Shown here piece after piece: positions 39,339 to 49,024 of a stretch of 64,000 bases of DNA (its first letter is position 1; every line of letters starts with the position of its first letter). This stretch comes from an uncultured Spirochaetota bacterium. Lineage in GTDB: Bacteria; Spirochaetota; Spirochaetia; SZUA-6; Fen-1364. The notes beneath the pieces were generated by a model. The model ran no database searches and was not told the origin of the DNA. It saw only the letters and a program-made list of their open reading frames with translations. The stretch is from NCBI GenBank assembly GCA_963745235.1, contig CAVUXE010000015.1, positions 96,001 through 160,000 of the forward strand, in the 5' to 3' direction. A program made the translations under genes and the position numbers.

Positions 39339-41137
39339 TAAAGGAAAAAGATAATCAGAGCAGTGGTCACTACGTAACGATACTGGGCGGCAGGAGAGGA
39401 CCATGGAAATGTGAAAAAAGCGCCCGCGCAGAGAACAGCCGACAAGACAAGACAGATAACAAAGGCAGCAGTGCCGCCTAGCCGCTCTGCCCTCCTATTC
39501 ACTCTTTCTTCTACGCCTGCTTCGCGTGTTTCGAGCCGGGCCACAGAGGTCTCCGCGCTCATCCGCATCTTCTGTTCGTTCAAGAGCTCCGCTTGGAGAT
39601 CTGCTCTCAGATTCTCTTTGGCCACTTTTAGAACCTCAGCAACTGTCCCCTCCGTAAAGGCCGAGAGATCTCCTTCCGTCAGATCCATAAGTGACCGTTT
39701 CGCGGTCAGTGAATAGCGGAGCGCATGATATTCATCTGGCGTTATTTCACCCGACTCTTTCAAAAGCGCTGCTTCAGCCAGGTAAGCTTTCCAGAGAGCC
39801 TCGGAAGGCTGCATCGCGGCGAAAGCATCTGCCAGCAGTAGTTTCTCCGGTAGATCTGGTGCACGCGTAGGATTCTTCAGCCAGAGTAGATTGCCCAAAG
39901 AGGAATCTGTGATGCACAGGGCCACTGCACCTTCTGGTGCATCCGCCTGAAAGAAGAGCCTTGTCGTCCGGGCGAGCTCAAAATTGGAGGTGACAAACAG
40001 TGCACCACATTGCTCTATGTCAAAAGCACTTCTGTCACGTCTGAGCTGAGCGACCGCCGCAACGCAATCCACGTCATGAAGTCGAGCCCGGGGGTTAAAA
40101 TATCCAATCGCTTCCTCAATCGCGCGTTCGAACCCCGCCTCATCAAGCTGGAACTCAGCGATCCGGGGCGGCATGTCTTCAACTACGATTCCAAAAGAGC
40201 GGATCCGCGTTGGAAGCCTGGCTATGATCAGCTCGATGTCAGAAGGCGTCTTCCCACTCTCAATGAGCCATTCTACGGTTGGTCCGTAGGCGTCTTGAGG
40301 ATGCCCACTGCGCAAGCGCGCCGCGCAAGCGTCAAGAATACGACGTATTTCATCCAAGGTTACCTGAAAGCACCTGAGGTCGGCTCCATATTCTCTCGCG
40401 AGATTGATTAATTCTTCACAGGGTGCCTGGCGCTCGTCCCCGGCATACCCTAACGCAAAGATAATGACGCTGCTGTCGAGGTAGACGCGAGTATTCCTAA
40501 AGCGTTGCGCTACTCTCCCTGGCTCCGGCAGATACATGGCATTTGCAAGCAGATATCCCTTCACCAATACGGCAAAATCCTCCAAGAGCTGTTGATCAGT
40601 TTCCCGGGCAAGGTTAAGAAAGGTCCCAACCACATAAACAGAGTTCCTGGGTGCCCCGTCCAAAGGGATTGCCGTGCGTTCTGCACGACAATACAAGAGT
40701 TCCAGTCCGTATTCCCCAAGGAACGCTTGAACTGCTTGGTTTGCCTGGTCCTCTGTCCATTCCGAGTTGTGCTTGGTACGTGCATACTCGATCAACCGTC
40801 CAACAATCCGGTCATAGAGTCCGATGACCATGTTCCGGGCGTCAGCGAAGCCGCTATTCGAAAGACGATCGCGTTCGCGATAGAAAACACCAGACTGCCG
40901 TCTCACCAAGCCATGCTTCGCGGCCCGGTTCAGCATCTGTCGAAGTGGATTCAGAGGCAATTGCAGGCCGAACCTATTCTTGATATCAACCTGGAGATCT
41001 GGTAGAGACACGACATCGTCGGGACTGTTGCGCAACGATTCGGCAATAAGCGGCACGAAGTTCTCAATGTAGTCCCTGCCGAGACGGTCCCAATTGACTT
41101 TGAGAATAGCCAAGCTGGCAATTGATGAACTTTTCAT
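39339..41137 (-). pseudogene. wHTH + PIN-like domain + C-terminal transmembrane protein, truncated by IS66
   Basis: HTH-like LPLNPLRQMLNRAAKHGLVRRQSGVFY; PIN-like VYLDSSVII, TLDEIRR, HDVDCVAAV, FVTSN; hydrophobic C-terminus; the stop codon is created by the IS junction. Confidence 0.65.
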
Positions 41138-41217
41138 TTCACCTGCACCTCTGGGGAACCCCTGCGGCATTATAGGCGGCGAAGCGACGTGCTTCTACCG
41201 TTGGACGCTACGGGCTT

Positions 41218-41385
41218 CCCTCGCCCCCCTTGCCGCCCCCCCTCCCAGCCCCACCCCCCTGCTTACCCCCCGGCTAGGGTACCCTATGGTCGTCTGGGAG
41301 GGGGAGGCTCAAAAGGGGGGCTTCGGTGGCGGTACGCTCGCTACGGCTCCGCCTCCACTCACTACCGCCAGCCCTCCGCTACGGT
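41218..41385. other. C/G-run-rich structured intergenic element
   Basis: Seven C-runs within 41218-41271; palindrome TAGGGTACCCTA 41275-41286; IRs CCCCCTCCCAG/CTGGGAGGGGG and GGCGGTA/TACCGCC. Confidence 0.6.
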
Positions 41386-41618
41386 GGTGAGAGAGGCTGC
41401 CGTGCTGGCGCACATACCGAGGGGCCGTGGGTGACGCGGCGTCTGGCGCCCTCGGGGCGCATCCCGGTCGTAATGGTCGGCTTCGGTGCGGAGCGCCCAT
41501 CGCCGCGGCGCGCGCGTGCTTGCCGTGCAGGCGCAGTTGGTGTAGAGATCGCCGACGCCGGACTGTCCAGTAGGCTCGCCCTTTCTTTCGATCTGCCGAA
41601 TGCGGTACTGTAAGGGCC

Positions 41619-42302
41619 ATGCCGGATTTCGACATACAGGCGCTCGATTCGCTCGAGCCAGGGGACGACAAGGCGGACAAGGCATTCGACCGCTACAGGC
41701 GTAGCCTCGTGGACCTGTTCTGTGCGTCGGGTGAAGGTCAAGCACTCGAAACGAGGCATGGATACGCCGGCTTCTGGGCGGGATGCCTGTTGGATCTCGG
41801 GTTCAATCATATCGGGGTTGCGTTGCCGAACATGACCGTCTCAGACCTCCAGGAGATCGTTACCGGCTACTTTCCCAGGAAGGTGTCCCTGCGATCGTCC
41901 GGAGAAGCAGAAGAAATCATTCCGGAGCTGATCGCGTTCTGGCGATTTCTGGGCCGAGAGTTCGCGCTGAAAACAGCGGATAGCGCTCTCCGCTATCTCG
42001 CTGAGATACAGAACTCGTTCGTGGGAATCATGAACGATCCCTCGAGGTTCGGGACGGCGAAGTCGCTGTTCATGCAGGGCCAGGCCGCCGGTTTCGATAT
42101 GAGCGACCAAGACCAGATGAACATGTTCGTTGCGGCCTGCAACGCAAGGGTTGCGACCGACCGGGAGGATGCTTCAGCGGGGGCGCCGACGAGGCCCGAG
42201 TTGCCGGGCGACGATCCGCGCGCGAACCGCAACCAAGCCCGGAAGCTGAGAAGGCGGATCACGGGGATCTCGAAGAAACACCCACGGAGGAAGCGACGAT
42301 GA
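41619..42302 (+). CDS. Hypothetical helical protein
   Basis: 227-aa ORF with natural composition (FPRKVS, ELIAFWRFL) and a basic C-terminal tail; ATGA overlap with the next gene. Confidence 0.7.
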   Translation: MPDFDIQALDSLEPGDDKADKAFDRYRRSLVDLFCASGEGQALETRHGYAGFWAGCLLDLGFNHIGVALPNMTVSDLQEIVTGYFPRKVSLRSSGEAEEIIPELIAFWRFLGREFALKTADSALRYLAEIQNSFVGIMNDPSRFGTAKSLFMQGQAAGFDMSDQDQMNMFVAACNARVATDREDASAGAPTRPELPGDDPRANRNQARKLRRRITGISKKHPRRKRR

Positions 42303-42955
42303 GCAGCACGCACCACCGCGGCCAGCCCAACTGGGTGGGGAGAGAAGCGGCGAAGGCAGATCTGGGAGCCGACCGGGTCGTTTTGGAGAATCCTGACGTG
42401 GTCGGATCCCTGGACTCGAAACTTCGAGAGACATATCTCCCTTTCATCCGCGCTGAGCTGGAGAAGACGGGGTTCCCGTACCAGCCAGTGGAGAACGACC
42501 TTCACATAGATTCTCAGTGGATGGGGCCGTATCTCGCGCGGGCTCTGCCGTTCATGCTGTTCGACCATTTCGGCCAGCTCTTTATGCGGTGTACACTGCA
42601 GTGTTCCAGCCGCGGGCACCTTCTCGAGCGCGAATTTCATCTCGGACTTCCGGAGACAACAGACCCTCAGCTGCTGTTCCGAATACTCGGCGAACCGCGA
42701 TTCGGCGGATCCACGCCCTCGCTGACCATCGAACGGTCTGCTCTTCATCCTGAGTGGAACAGCTACTTCTGGATCGAGATTCATGCGGGCAGCGGAATCG
42801 AGCCTGGGCTGTGGACCCTGGACAATGCTGCGATGGGCAACATCGCGCAGACGATTCACGATTCATGCGAGATGTATGAGGTAGCGATGGTGGAAGGCCT
42901 CACTAGGCATGGAGGACGTCGAACGGTTCCTCGACATCGCCTGCCGTTCCTATGA
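42299..42955 (+). CDS. Hypothetical protein
   Basis: 218-aa ORF translationally coupled to the upstream gene; no recognised motif. Confidence 0.55.
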   Translation: MSSTHHRGQPNWVGREAAKADLGADRVVLENPDVVGSLDSKLRETYLPFIRAELEKTGFPYQPVENDLHIDSQWMGPYLARALPFMLFDHFGQLFMRCTLQCSSRGHLLEREFHLGLPETTDPQLLFRILGEPRFGGSTPSLTIERSALHPEWNSYFWIEIHAGSGIEPGLWTLDNAAMGNIAQTIHDSCEMYEVAMVEGLTRHGGRRTVPRHRLPFL

Positions 42956-43128
42956 GTCGGGATAGCTCCGCGACGTTTCCGTCTGCCCGAAGTGTCGGTT
43001 CAGCGGGTCACGCACTGCCGTGACACACTATGCGGCAGCACGTGCGTGCCCGCCGCTGCGCTGGGCGCCCCGCTGCTGCACTTGACCGCCACGGCTACCA
43101 GGTGCCCCGTAGGCACAAACCGCTACTC

Positions 43129-43240
43129 ACTCACATGCTGCGCAATCACGCGGACCTTCGTCACATCCAGGCGATCCTCGGACATACGAGTCTTCGAAGC
43201 ACGCAGATCTACACACACGCTGACATCGAAGACCTCTCCG
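43129..43240 (+). pseudogene. Tyrosine recombinase (XerC/D-like) C-terminal remnant
   Basis: THMLRNHADLRHIQAILGHTSLRSTQIYTHADIEDL carries the LGH and catalytic Tyr region; HxxR and all upstream domains are absent. Confidence 0.85.
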
Positions 43241-43452
43241 CTGTCGAACAGATTCGAGTCGTCTCGCTGATGAGTTCTGATTTCCTTCGGGCCCGTTCTG
43301 CACACAAGCAGATACAGGCCGCCGCTCCGTTCGAAGAAATGCAGAGGATTGATCTCGTGACCTGCTGCCGCGCCTACAACGAGTTCCTGAACCAGCTTGC
43401 GAAAGAACGGCACGCGAAGGAACGGTTGGTGTTCATCCGCACGACAGGTTCC

Positions 43453-43481
43453 TTGACTTACCCTATTCAATAGGGTATATT
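43453..43481 (+). promoter_or_regulatory. Toxin-antitoxin promoter with palindromic operator
   Basis: TTGACT-17bp-TATATT; perfect TACCCTATT-C-AATAGGGTA (43459-43477) fills the spacer. Confidence 0.8.
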
Positions 43482-43537
43482 TCCCCTCGATAAAGTTGAT
43501 GAGGAAAGTGATCATAGAGGAGCCGCCCGTCCAAGGG

Positions 43538-43855
43538 ATGGAGAGGGAGTTCGTCGAGACCTTCGAGTTCCGCAAGCGCTGGAAGTCCTTGAAACTGGAC
43601 GACGACCTGCGCGCCCTCCAGGACACGTTGTGCGCCGACCCCCAGGTGGGGGACCTGATACAGGGCACGGGCGGTGTTCGGAAGGCGCGGCTGGAGTTGC
43701 AGGGGAGGGGAAAGTCGGGAGGCTCGAGGGTCGTTTACGTCGACTTCGCCGTCGAGGAGCACGTATATTTGATCTCGGTCTTTGCGAAGAACGAGCAGGG
43801 CAACCTGACCGCGAAGCAAAAGAAGGAGATCAGGGACTTCGTGAAGAGCCTTTGA
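43538..43855 (+). CDS. RelE/HigB-family toxin
   Basis: FVET..F, GDLIQGTGGVRKAR..GRGKSGGSRVVY, LISVFAKNEQGNLT. Confidence 0.93.
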   Translation: MEREFVETFEFRKRWKSLKLDDDLRALQDTLCADPQVGDLIQGTGGVRKARLELQGRGKSGGSRVVYVDFAVEEHVYLISVFAKNEQGNLTAKQKKEIRDFVKSL

Positions 43856-43875
43856 CTAGACTAAGGGGTGTTGCC

Positions 43876-44202
43876 ATGGCCAAGAAGAACGAGTACTTCG
43901 ATAGTATCATGCAGGGCCTCAAGGAGGTGAAGGCCCACAGGGAGGGCAAGATCAGGCTGCCGACCACGAGGCTGGTGATCAAGCCCGTGCCCACCTACAC
44001 CGCGAAGAAGGTCAAGGAACTGCGCAAGGAGCTGAGGCTCGCCCAGTCGGCTTTCGCTGTGGTCTGCGGCGTGTCCGTCAAGACCGTTGAGGCCTGGGAG
44101 GCGGGGACGAACACTCCCAGCGGGGCAGCCAGCCGCCTGTTCCAGATCATCGAGAAGGACCCCGCTCTCGTGACCCGAGCAGGGATCCTCATCGTCTCCT
44201 GA
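43876..44202 (+). CDS. HigA-type HTH antitoxin
   Basis: FDSIMQGLKEV; LAQSAFAVVCGVSVKTVEAWEAGTNTPSGAASRL; toxin-first order. Confidence 0.92.
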   Translation: MAKKNEYFDSIMQGLKEVKAHREGKIRLPTTRLVIKPVPTYTAKKVKELRKELRLAQSAFAVVCGVSVKTVEAWEAGTNTPSGAASRLFQIIEKDPALVTRAGILIVS

Positions 44203-44496
44203 GACCGACTGGATAGGCCATTGGTTTTTCCAGATGGCTGCAGCGGCGCCCAAGTGAGTACCGTAACTGACTATCCTTCAACGACTTTCTGAGTCTGCCT
44301 TTGCTCGCCGACCATCACCAACACCTGTGGTGATGCTGAAGATTGCAATCGGCGGAACGTTTGTCCTTGCCCGTGGTGGCTACCAGGAATCCTTTACGGC
44401 GTGCTCAGTGGCAAAGGACAATTTTGACTCCGAGGCAAAGCTTGGCCACCTTTTCAATGGTTCTACTCCCAATCGGATCGAAAGGAGATTGGCAAC

Positions 44497-45213
44497 ATGA
44501 GGTTCACAAGAGTTTTCATGTGCGTACTTTTCTGCGCCGCGTCGGTAGCAGCTTTTGCAATGGGATGCGGGGAACAGCCCGTGACAGGTCTGGTGGGCAA
44601 CGTTCTGCCGCGCCCGTCTCCTGCCGCCGACTTCACTCTCATCGACCAAAACGGTGCGGCCTTTCGCATGGCAGACACCAGGGGCAAAGTCGTCGTGATG
44701 GCTTTCCTCTACACGCACTGCACTGACGTCTGTCCTTTCGAAGCCGTCAAGGTGAAGGATGCATTCTCTCAACTGGGCGGCGACACCAGCAGAATGGTCT
44801 TTGTAGTGGTGACGACAGATCCGAAGAGAGACAGCCCTCCCGTGTGCGCAGCCTACAGCAAGAAGCTTGGCATGCTCGACTCGTGGCGTTTCGTTGGTGG
44901 GCCTGCCGCGACAGTCCACAAAGTGTGGGCCGACTATGGGATAGGTGTGACGGTCGATCCTGGCACGGATGCTGTCGCGCCAAATGAGCAAGCCCCTTCT
45001 CCGAGTGAACGGGGACTCCTGACTGGCCTTTCATCCTCCGACCTTGGCTTGGCTGGGGAGATAGTGCAACAATTTGGAGGCGGTTACGATGTTGGTCATT
45101 CCGCTCCCTTCTGGTTCGTAGACAAGAAAGGGAAAATACGGGTTGAACTTGGCGGCGATGCGACCCCAGCGGATATCGTGAAGGACGTTCGCGTCCTTCT
45201 GGCGTTGAATTGA
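44497..45213 (+). CDS. SCO1/SenC-family copper chaperone lipoprotein
   Basis: DFTLIDQNG, FLYTHCTDVCP (CxxxC), TDPKRD, VGHS; lipobox AMGC. Confidence 0.92.
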   Translation: MRFTRVFMCVLFCAASVAAFAMGCGEQPVTGLVGNVLPRPSPAADFTLIDQNGAAFRMADTRGKVVVMAFLYTHCTDVCPFEAVKVKDAFSQLGGDTSRMVFVVVTTDPKRDSPPVCAAYSKKLGMLDSWRFVGGPAATVHKVWADYGIGVTVDPGTDAVAPNEQAPSPSERGLLTGLSSSDLGLAGEIVQQFGGGYDVGHSAPFWFVDKKGKIRVELGGDATPADIVKDVRVLLALN

Positions 45214-45249
45214 GATCGGGCGGCCAAGTTGAAGAAACGAGAGGAGGCT

Positions 45250-45380
45250 CCCATTCACACCTCGACGTCTACGCAGCCAGGGGCGGCCTTCATGATCTCA
45301 GCGGCGCGAAAAAGCCTCCAAACCAACTGGTCTCGGAACTCCCGCTTCGGATAGTGGAATGCGACCATTCGGCAGCTCAT
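45250..45380 (-). pseudogene. Possible remnant of a small dimeric alpha/beta-barrel (ABM-like) gene
   Basis: GGAGG then MSCRMVAFHYPKREFRDQLVWRLFRAAEIMKAA, continuing as PGCVDVEV after a frameshift, then a stop. Confidence 0.3.
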
Positions 45381-45496
45381 GCGTCATCCTCCACTCGACA
45401 GAGTGCGCAGTGTTTCGTGAAGTTAGACCCCTCGGGCTGCGCCGCTCAGGAGTCAGCAAATGAAAGAAAGCGGGCCGACCGATTGGGCGCTGGGCC

Positions 45497-45817
45497 TTAT
45501 CCGTCCTTGAAGGTCTCATAAACGGTCAGGTTGAACCCGCCCCGCAGAAACGGGTAACCCTGCGCGATTCCTATGGCCGCCTCCATCGAGTCGGCCCGGA
45601 TGACCATGTACCCGTTCACCGCCGCTGCCCTGGCTCCTCCAGTCACTTTCCCGTCGCTTGAAACGCCCTTCACGTTCCCCGTCAGCGCCGCCCCGCCATC
45701 GACAAGCGCGTTGCCGAGCCTGCCGAACCAGGCTGTCAGCTCCTTCATCGCGGCAGCCCGCTCGCCCACATCCCGTGAAACCCCGCCGCCGCTGGAAAGC
45801 AGAAGATACAGCTTCAT
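45497..45817 (-). CDS. YciI-like protein
   Basis: MKLYLLL..WFGRLGNALVDGGAAL..VNGYMVIRADSMEAAIGIAQGYP. Confidence 0.75.
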   Translation of the reverse strand: MKLYLLLSSGGGVSRDVGERAAAMKELTAWFGRLGNALVDGGAALTGNVKGVSSDGKVTGGARAAAVNGYMVIRADSMEAAIGIAQGYPFLRGGFNLTVYETFKDG

Positions 45818-45831
45818 GGTTTCTACCTCCG

Positions 45832-46687
45832 TCATGACAAATGTGTCAGACGGCAGCGGACGCGTATTGTAAAAATGGGACACTGCGAGGGGAAAGGAAG
45901 ATCCTGCCGCGCGCGGAACTCTCCCGGCGCAAACCCGGTAAAGTGCTTGAATTGCCGTATGAAGTGGGCCTGGTCGTAGTAGCTTTCGTACAGTTCCTCG
46001 AGGGAGCGCGGCCAGTCTCCCGAGACTAGCCCCCGTGCGTACAGGTGCTGAAAGCGGACAATGGTTGCAAACGCCTTGGGACTCAGCCCAACGTGCTCAG
46101 AGAACTCCCTATCGAGATGACGCCGCGTCCATCCCACGCGATCGCTCAGCTCGTGGATACGAACTCCACCACGCGAGAGCTCGATTTCCCGCACGGCAAG
46201 ATCCACCGCGGGGCAGCGGTCGACGTCAGCGCGGCGCAGCAGCCGGATCAGGAACTCCTGCATCGCACGGACTCTGGCAGGAATCCCGGCAGTCTCGGCC
46301 ACCCTGGGCGGAAGGTCATCCCAATCACTCAAGGGAAGCTCGCTTGAGGAAACGAATGGATCCCGCAAGTTCGCCGAGCGGGAGCCCAAGGAAGCAGCGC
46401 GCCCCTGCGGGCTTGAATGTCACGCCCAGCATGCCGACGACTCCTGCGGCACTGATGGTGGAGGAGCTGGTAAGCTGACCCACGATCGAGCATGTTGACT
46501 CCGCGTGCAGGTAAGAGACGCCTCGGGTCGTGCTCGTCGGGGCGCCCCGGAAAGGGAGGATCAGTTTCATCTCGCCACTGGGAGCAATGAGCCGCAGATC
46601 ACCCGTTGGAAGAACGCCCTGGAAAATCCAAATCCTCACCAGGTATGGACGCAGGGCGCCATCAACAGGAAAGGTATGCAGCTGCAC
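45832..46687 (-). CDS. AraC-family regulator (DUF6597-type N-terminus; frameshift at ~46362)
   Basis: LRPYLVRIW..IAPSGEMKL..GVTFKPAG; C-terminal RHLDREFSEHVGLSPKAF..YYDQAHFIRQFKHFTGFAP; frames join by removing one G. Confidence 0.85.
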
Positions 46688-46857
46688 TTCGCGTCTCCCG
46701 GTGGAAAGATACTTCCGCGCCGGAAGGGCAAACAAGCGTCGCGTCGCTCGACGGTCATGGATCCCAGGGACGCCTATGGAACCGGAGTCATCCGGGTGGA
46801 GTCAGAGGAAGAGAGCCGATGCGGGCGGTCGTTCCCCCAAGCGTTGATGGAGGCGGC

Positions 46858-47808
46858 TCAGTTTTCCGCCAGCACCTCGTCCTCCCGCTCGCGGAAGCAA
46901 CGCGCCGTCTGCTGCACCAGCTCGTCCAGCGCTTTCCCGTCCGGCTTCCCATACATCGCGGGGTAGGGGTCTCCCCCGGGCCCCAGCGGCTCAGGGGTCA
47001 CGTAGCGCCCTTCCGTGTTGAACCCGATCAGGTACAGCGCCCGGATGATGGTGTCCAGGTCCATGGACCCCATGCCCAGAGCCGTCCTGTTGCTGTCCGC
47101 CATGTGCAGGTTCACCAGCATGTCCCCCGCATCCACCAGCGCTTCCCCGATGTGGCTCTCCTCCGCCTGCATGTGGTACACGTCCCCGTTGATGTGCTTC
47201 ACCCCGGGGTGGCTCACCGCCGCAATGTACGCCTTGGCGGCTGCTATGGTATGCACAAGCGTCGTTTCCGCGGCCCGGATGGGCTCGATTGCCGCCTTCA
47301 CCTTGTGCTTCACGAAGAGGTCAGCGGCGAGGCGCAGGGTCTCCACGCTTCGCTCCAGCTCGCTTGCGTCGTAGGCTTGCGGCCTTCCCACGGCGGCAGG
47401 CACCACCAGGATGTAGCCGGCCCCCACCTCCGCGGCAAACGGCACCTCACGCTCCAGGTAGTCCACGGCCGCCTGGCGGTGGATGGCCCTGTTGCTGGAC
47501 AGGTCGTTGTCCGCGGAGAACATCCCGCAGATGCCCCCCACCGTGATCCCGTTGTCTCCCAGGATCTTCAGCGTTTCCTTTGCGCGGTAGCCCAGGGCAG
47601 GGCCGTAATGGTTGCCGTGCAGCTCGATGAAGCGGATGCCCGCCCGGGAAAGCCGCGCCGCGGAAGTGGACAAGGGCTCGATGCCGAAGCCCCAGTTGCT
47701 CCAGGACAGGCTCAGCTTCCGGGACAGACGCTCGGGATGCTTCTTTTTCAGCTCGAGAAATGACTGCCGTATCTTCTCTGATTTCTGCTGGTATGCCTGC
47801 AGCTTCAT
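46858..47808 (-). CDS. Sugar phosphate isomerase/epimerase (TIM barrel, ketose 3-epimerase-like)
   Basis: IEPIRAAET, GDVYHM, LHMADSNR, PEP metal-site pattern. Confidence 0.88.
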   Translation of the reverse strand: MKLQAYQQKSEKIRQSFLELKKKHPERLSRKLSLSWSNWGFGIEPLSTSAARLSRAGIRFIELHGNHYGPALGYRAKETLKILGDNGITVGGICGMFSADNDLSSNRAIHRQAAVDYLEREVPFAAEVGAGYILVVPAAVGRPQAYDASELERSVETLRLAADLFVKHKVKAAIEPIRAAETTLVHTIAAAKAYIAAVSHPGVKHINGDVYHMQAEESHIGEALVDAGDMLVNLHMADSNRTALGMGSMDLDTIIRALYLIGFNTEGRYVTPEPLGPGGDPYPAMYGKPDGKALDELVQQTARCFREREDEVLAEN

Positions 47809-49016
47809 GATTTCACCTCTCTTGGTGTCTGGGGATTGTTCGGACCGAAATGCTGGAGAAAAACAAGGGGCTCCCACTTGCTCCTGTTCGTGATGCGCAC
47901 GCCTTCCGCGGCCGCCTTTTCGCTTACGAAATACTCATCACCTGAGAGCTGGCCGAACCTCAGCGTGCCGGCGGCTTCCGCCTCGTATTCACCGAACGCG
48001 CCGAATCCCTGGACGAGAATGCACCCGAAAGCCGCCGCATCTTTCACAACCGCTGTTCTTCCCGGGAGCACCGTCGTTTCCTTTGCCGCAATGTAGTCGT
48101 TTCCATACACGACCCACCGGGCGGAAACCCCCTCATCCTTCATGGCGCACGGAAGCGGCGGGCGGAAAAAGCGCTTTCGGTAGTGCGGGTCCACGTTTTT
48201 CTCCCAGTCCATGAGGCTCATGATGTAGTCGATGTCCTGCTTCCTGTTCTCCGGCACGTTTTCCACGAGGAACTCGCGGGGGTAGATCTCCCCGGAGGTG
48301 ACGTTTTCCTGGACAGAGTTGACGTCCGAGTTCCACTGGGGTTCATAGGTCAGGACAGATCCAGGGGCGTGCACGACCCCCGGTGGCGTGTACCATCCCG
48401 TTCCCAGCTCTATGCGATACGCACGCGAAAGCTCGGTTATCCGGTTGTCCCCCTTCTCATAGGCCAGGAGCCGCTCTTTGACCATTTCCCGTGTCACGTC
48501 GGGCTCGAAACCGAAGTAGGTGGCGGGAAAGGTCCCAAGATGGTTGTTGAGCTGGGGCGGGAAGTAGTACGCCTCCGGCTTCCCGATCCTTCCCACCCTC
48601 TGTGCCGCTGCATCGCCGAGATGGAGGTGATGGAACAGGGGCAGCGCAAAATCGAAGAACTTGGAGTACATGGGCCACGTTCCATACTTCTTCGCAAGGG
48701 CCTCTCCGATGAGACCGGCGCCCAACTCGGCAACGGCGTCCTTGAACAGGAACTTGTCTTCCAGCCGGTCGCTGGGCGCGACATAGCTCATGCCCTCATC
48801 AGGCGCGGCAAGGGGCCCGTTCATTGCGGGGATGACGGATGAGAACCACCTTTCCTTGATGGAACCGCGCGCTGTGCCCAGGGCGTAATAATCGTCAGGA
48901 TGCAGCCTCAGCCTGCGCCCTGCCTGGCTGAAGCGGCGCGGAACGAACGTGGGCGCCAGTCGGAGGACTCCCCCGCCCTTCTCGAACGCATTGTGAATGG
49001 CTTTTGTGCTGGTCAT
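47805..49016 (-). CDS. Conserved hypothetical cupin, mannose-6-P-isomerase-like
   Basis: ERWFSS, SKFFD..HHLH, GKPEAYYF, GVVHAPG, YEPQWNSD parallel the type I PMI metal motifs. Confidence 0.7.
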   Translation of the reverse strand: MTSTKAIHNAFEKGGGVLRLAPTFVPRRFSQAGRRLRLHPDDYYALGTARGSIKERWFSSVIPAMNGPLAAPDEGMSYVAPSDRLEDKFLFKDAVAELGAGLIGEALAKKYGTWPMYSKFFDFALPLFHHLHLGDAAAQRVGRIGKPEAYYFPPQLNNHLGTFPATYFGFEPDVTREMVKERLLAYEKGDNRITELSRAYRIELGTGWYTPPGVVHAPGSVLTYEPQWNSDVNSVQENVTSGEIYPREFLVENVPENRKQDIDYIMSLMDWEKNVDPHYRKRFFRPPLPCAMKDEGVSARWVVYGNDYIAAKETTVLPGRTAVVKDAAAFGCILVQGFGAFGEYEAEAAGTLRFGQLSGDEYFVSEKAAAEGVRITNRSKWEPLVFLQHFGPNNPQTPREVKS

Positions 49017-49024
49017 GCTTTCTC

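Noticed and set aside
41190-43240. Integron with attC cassettes
   Set aside because: No convincing paired RYYYAAC/GTTRRRY sites bracket the genes, and the recombinase stub is too short to show IntI-specific features.
43030-43473. 147-aa ORF as a functional integrase
   Set aside because: Only about 37 residues match the recombinase C-terminus; the catalytic Arg and HxxR motifs are missing.
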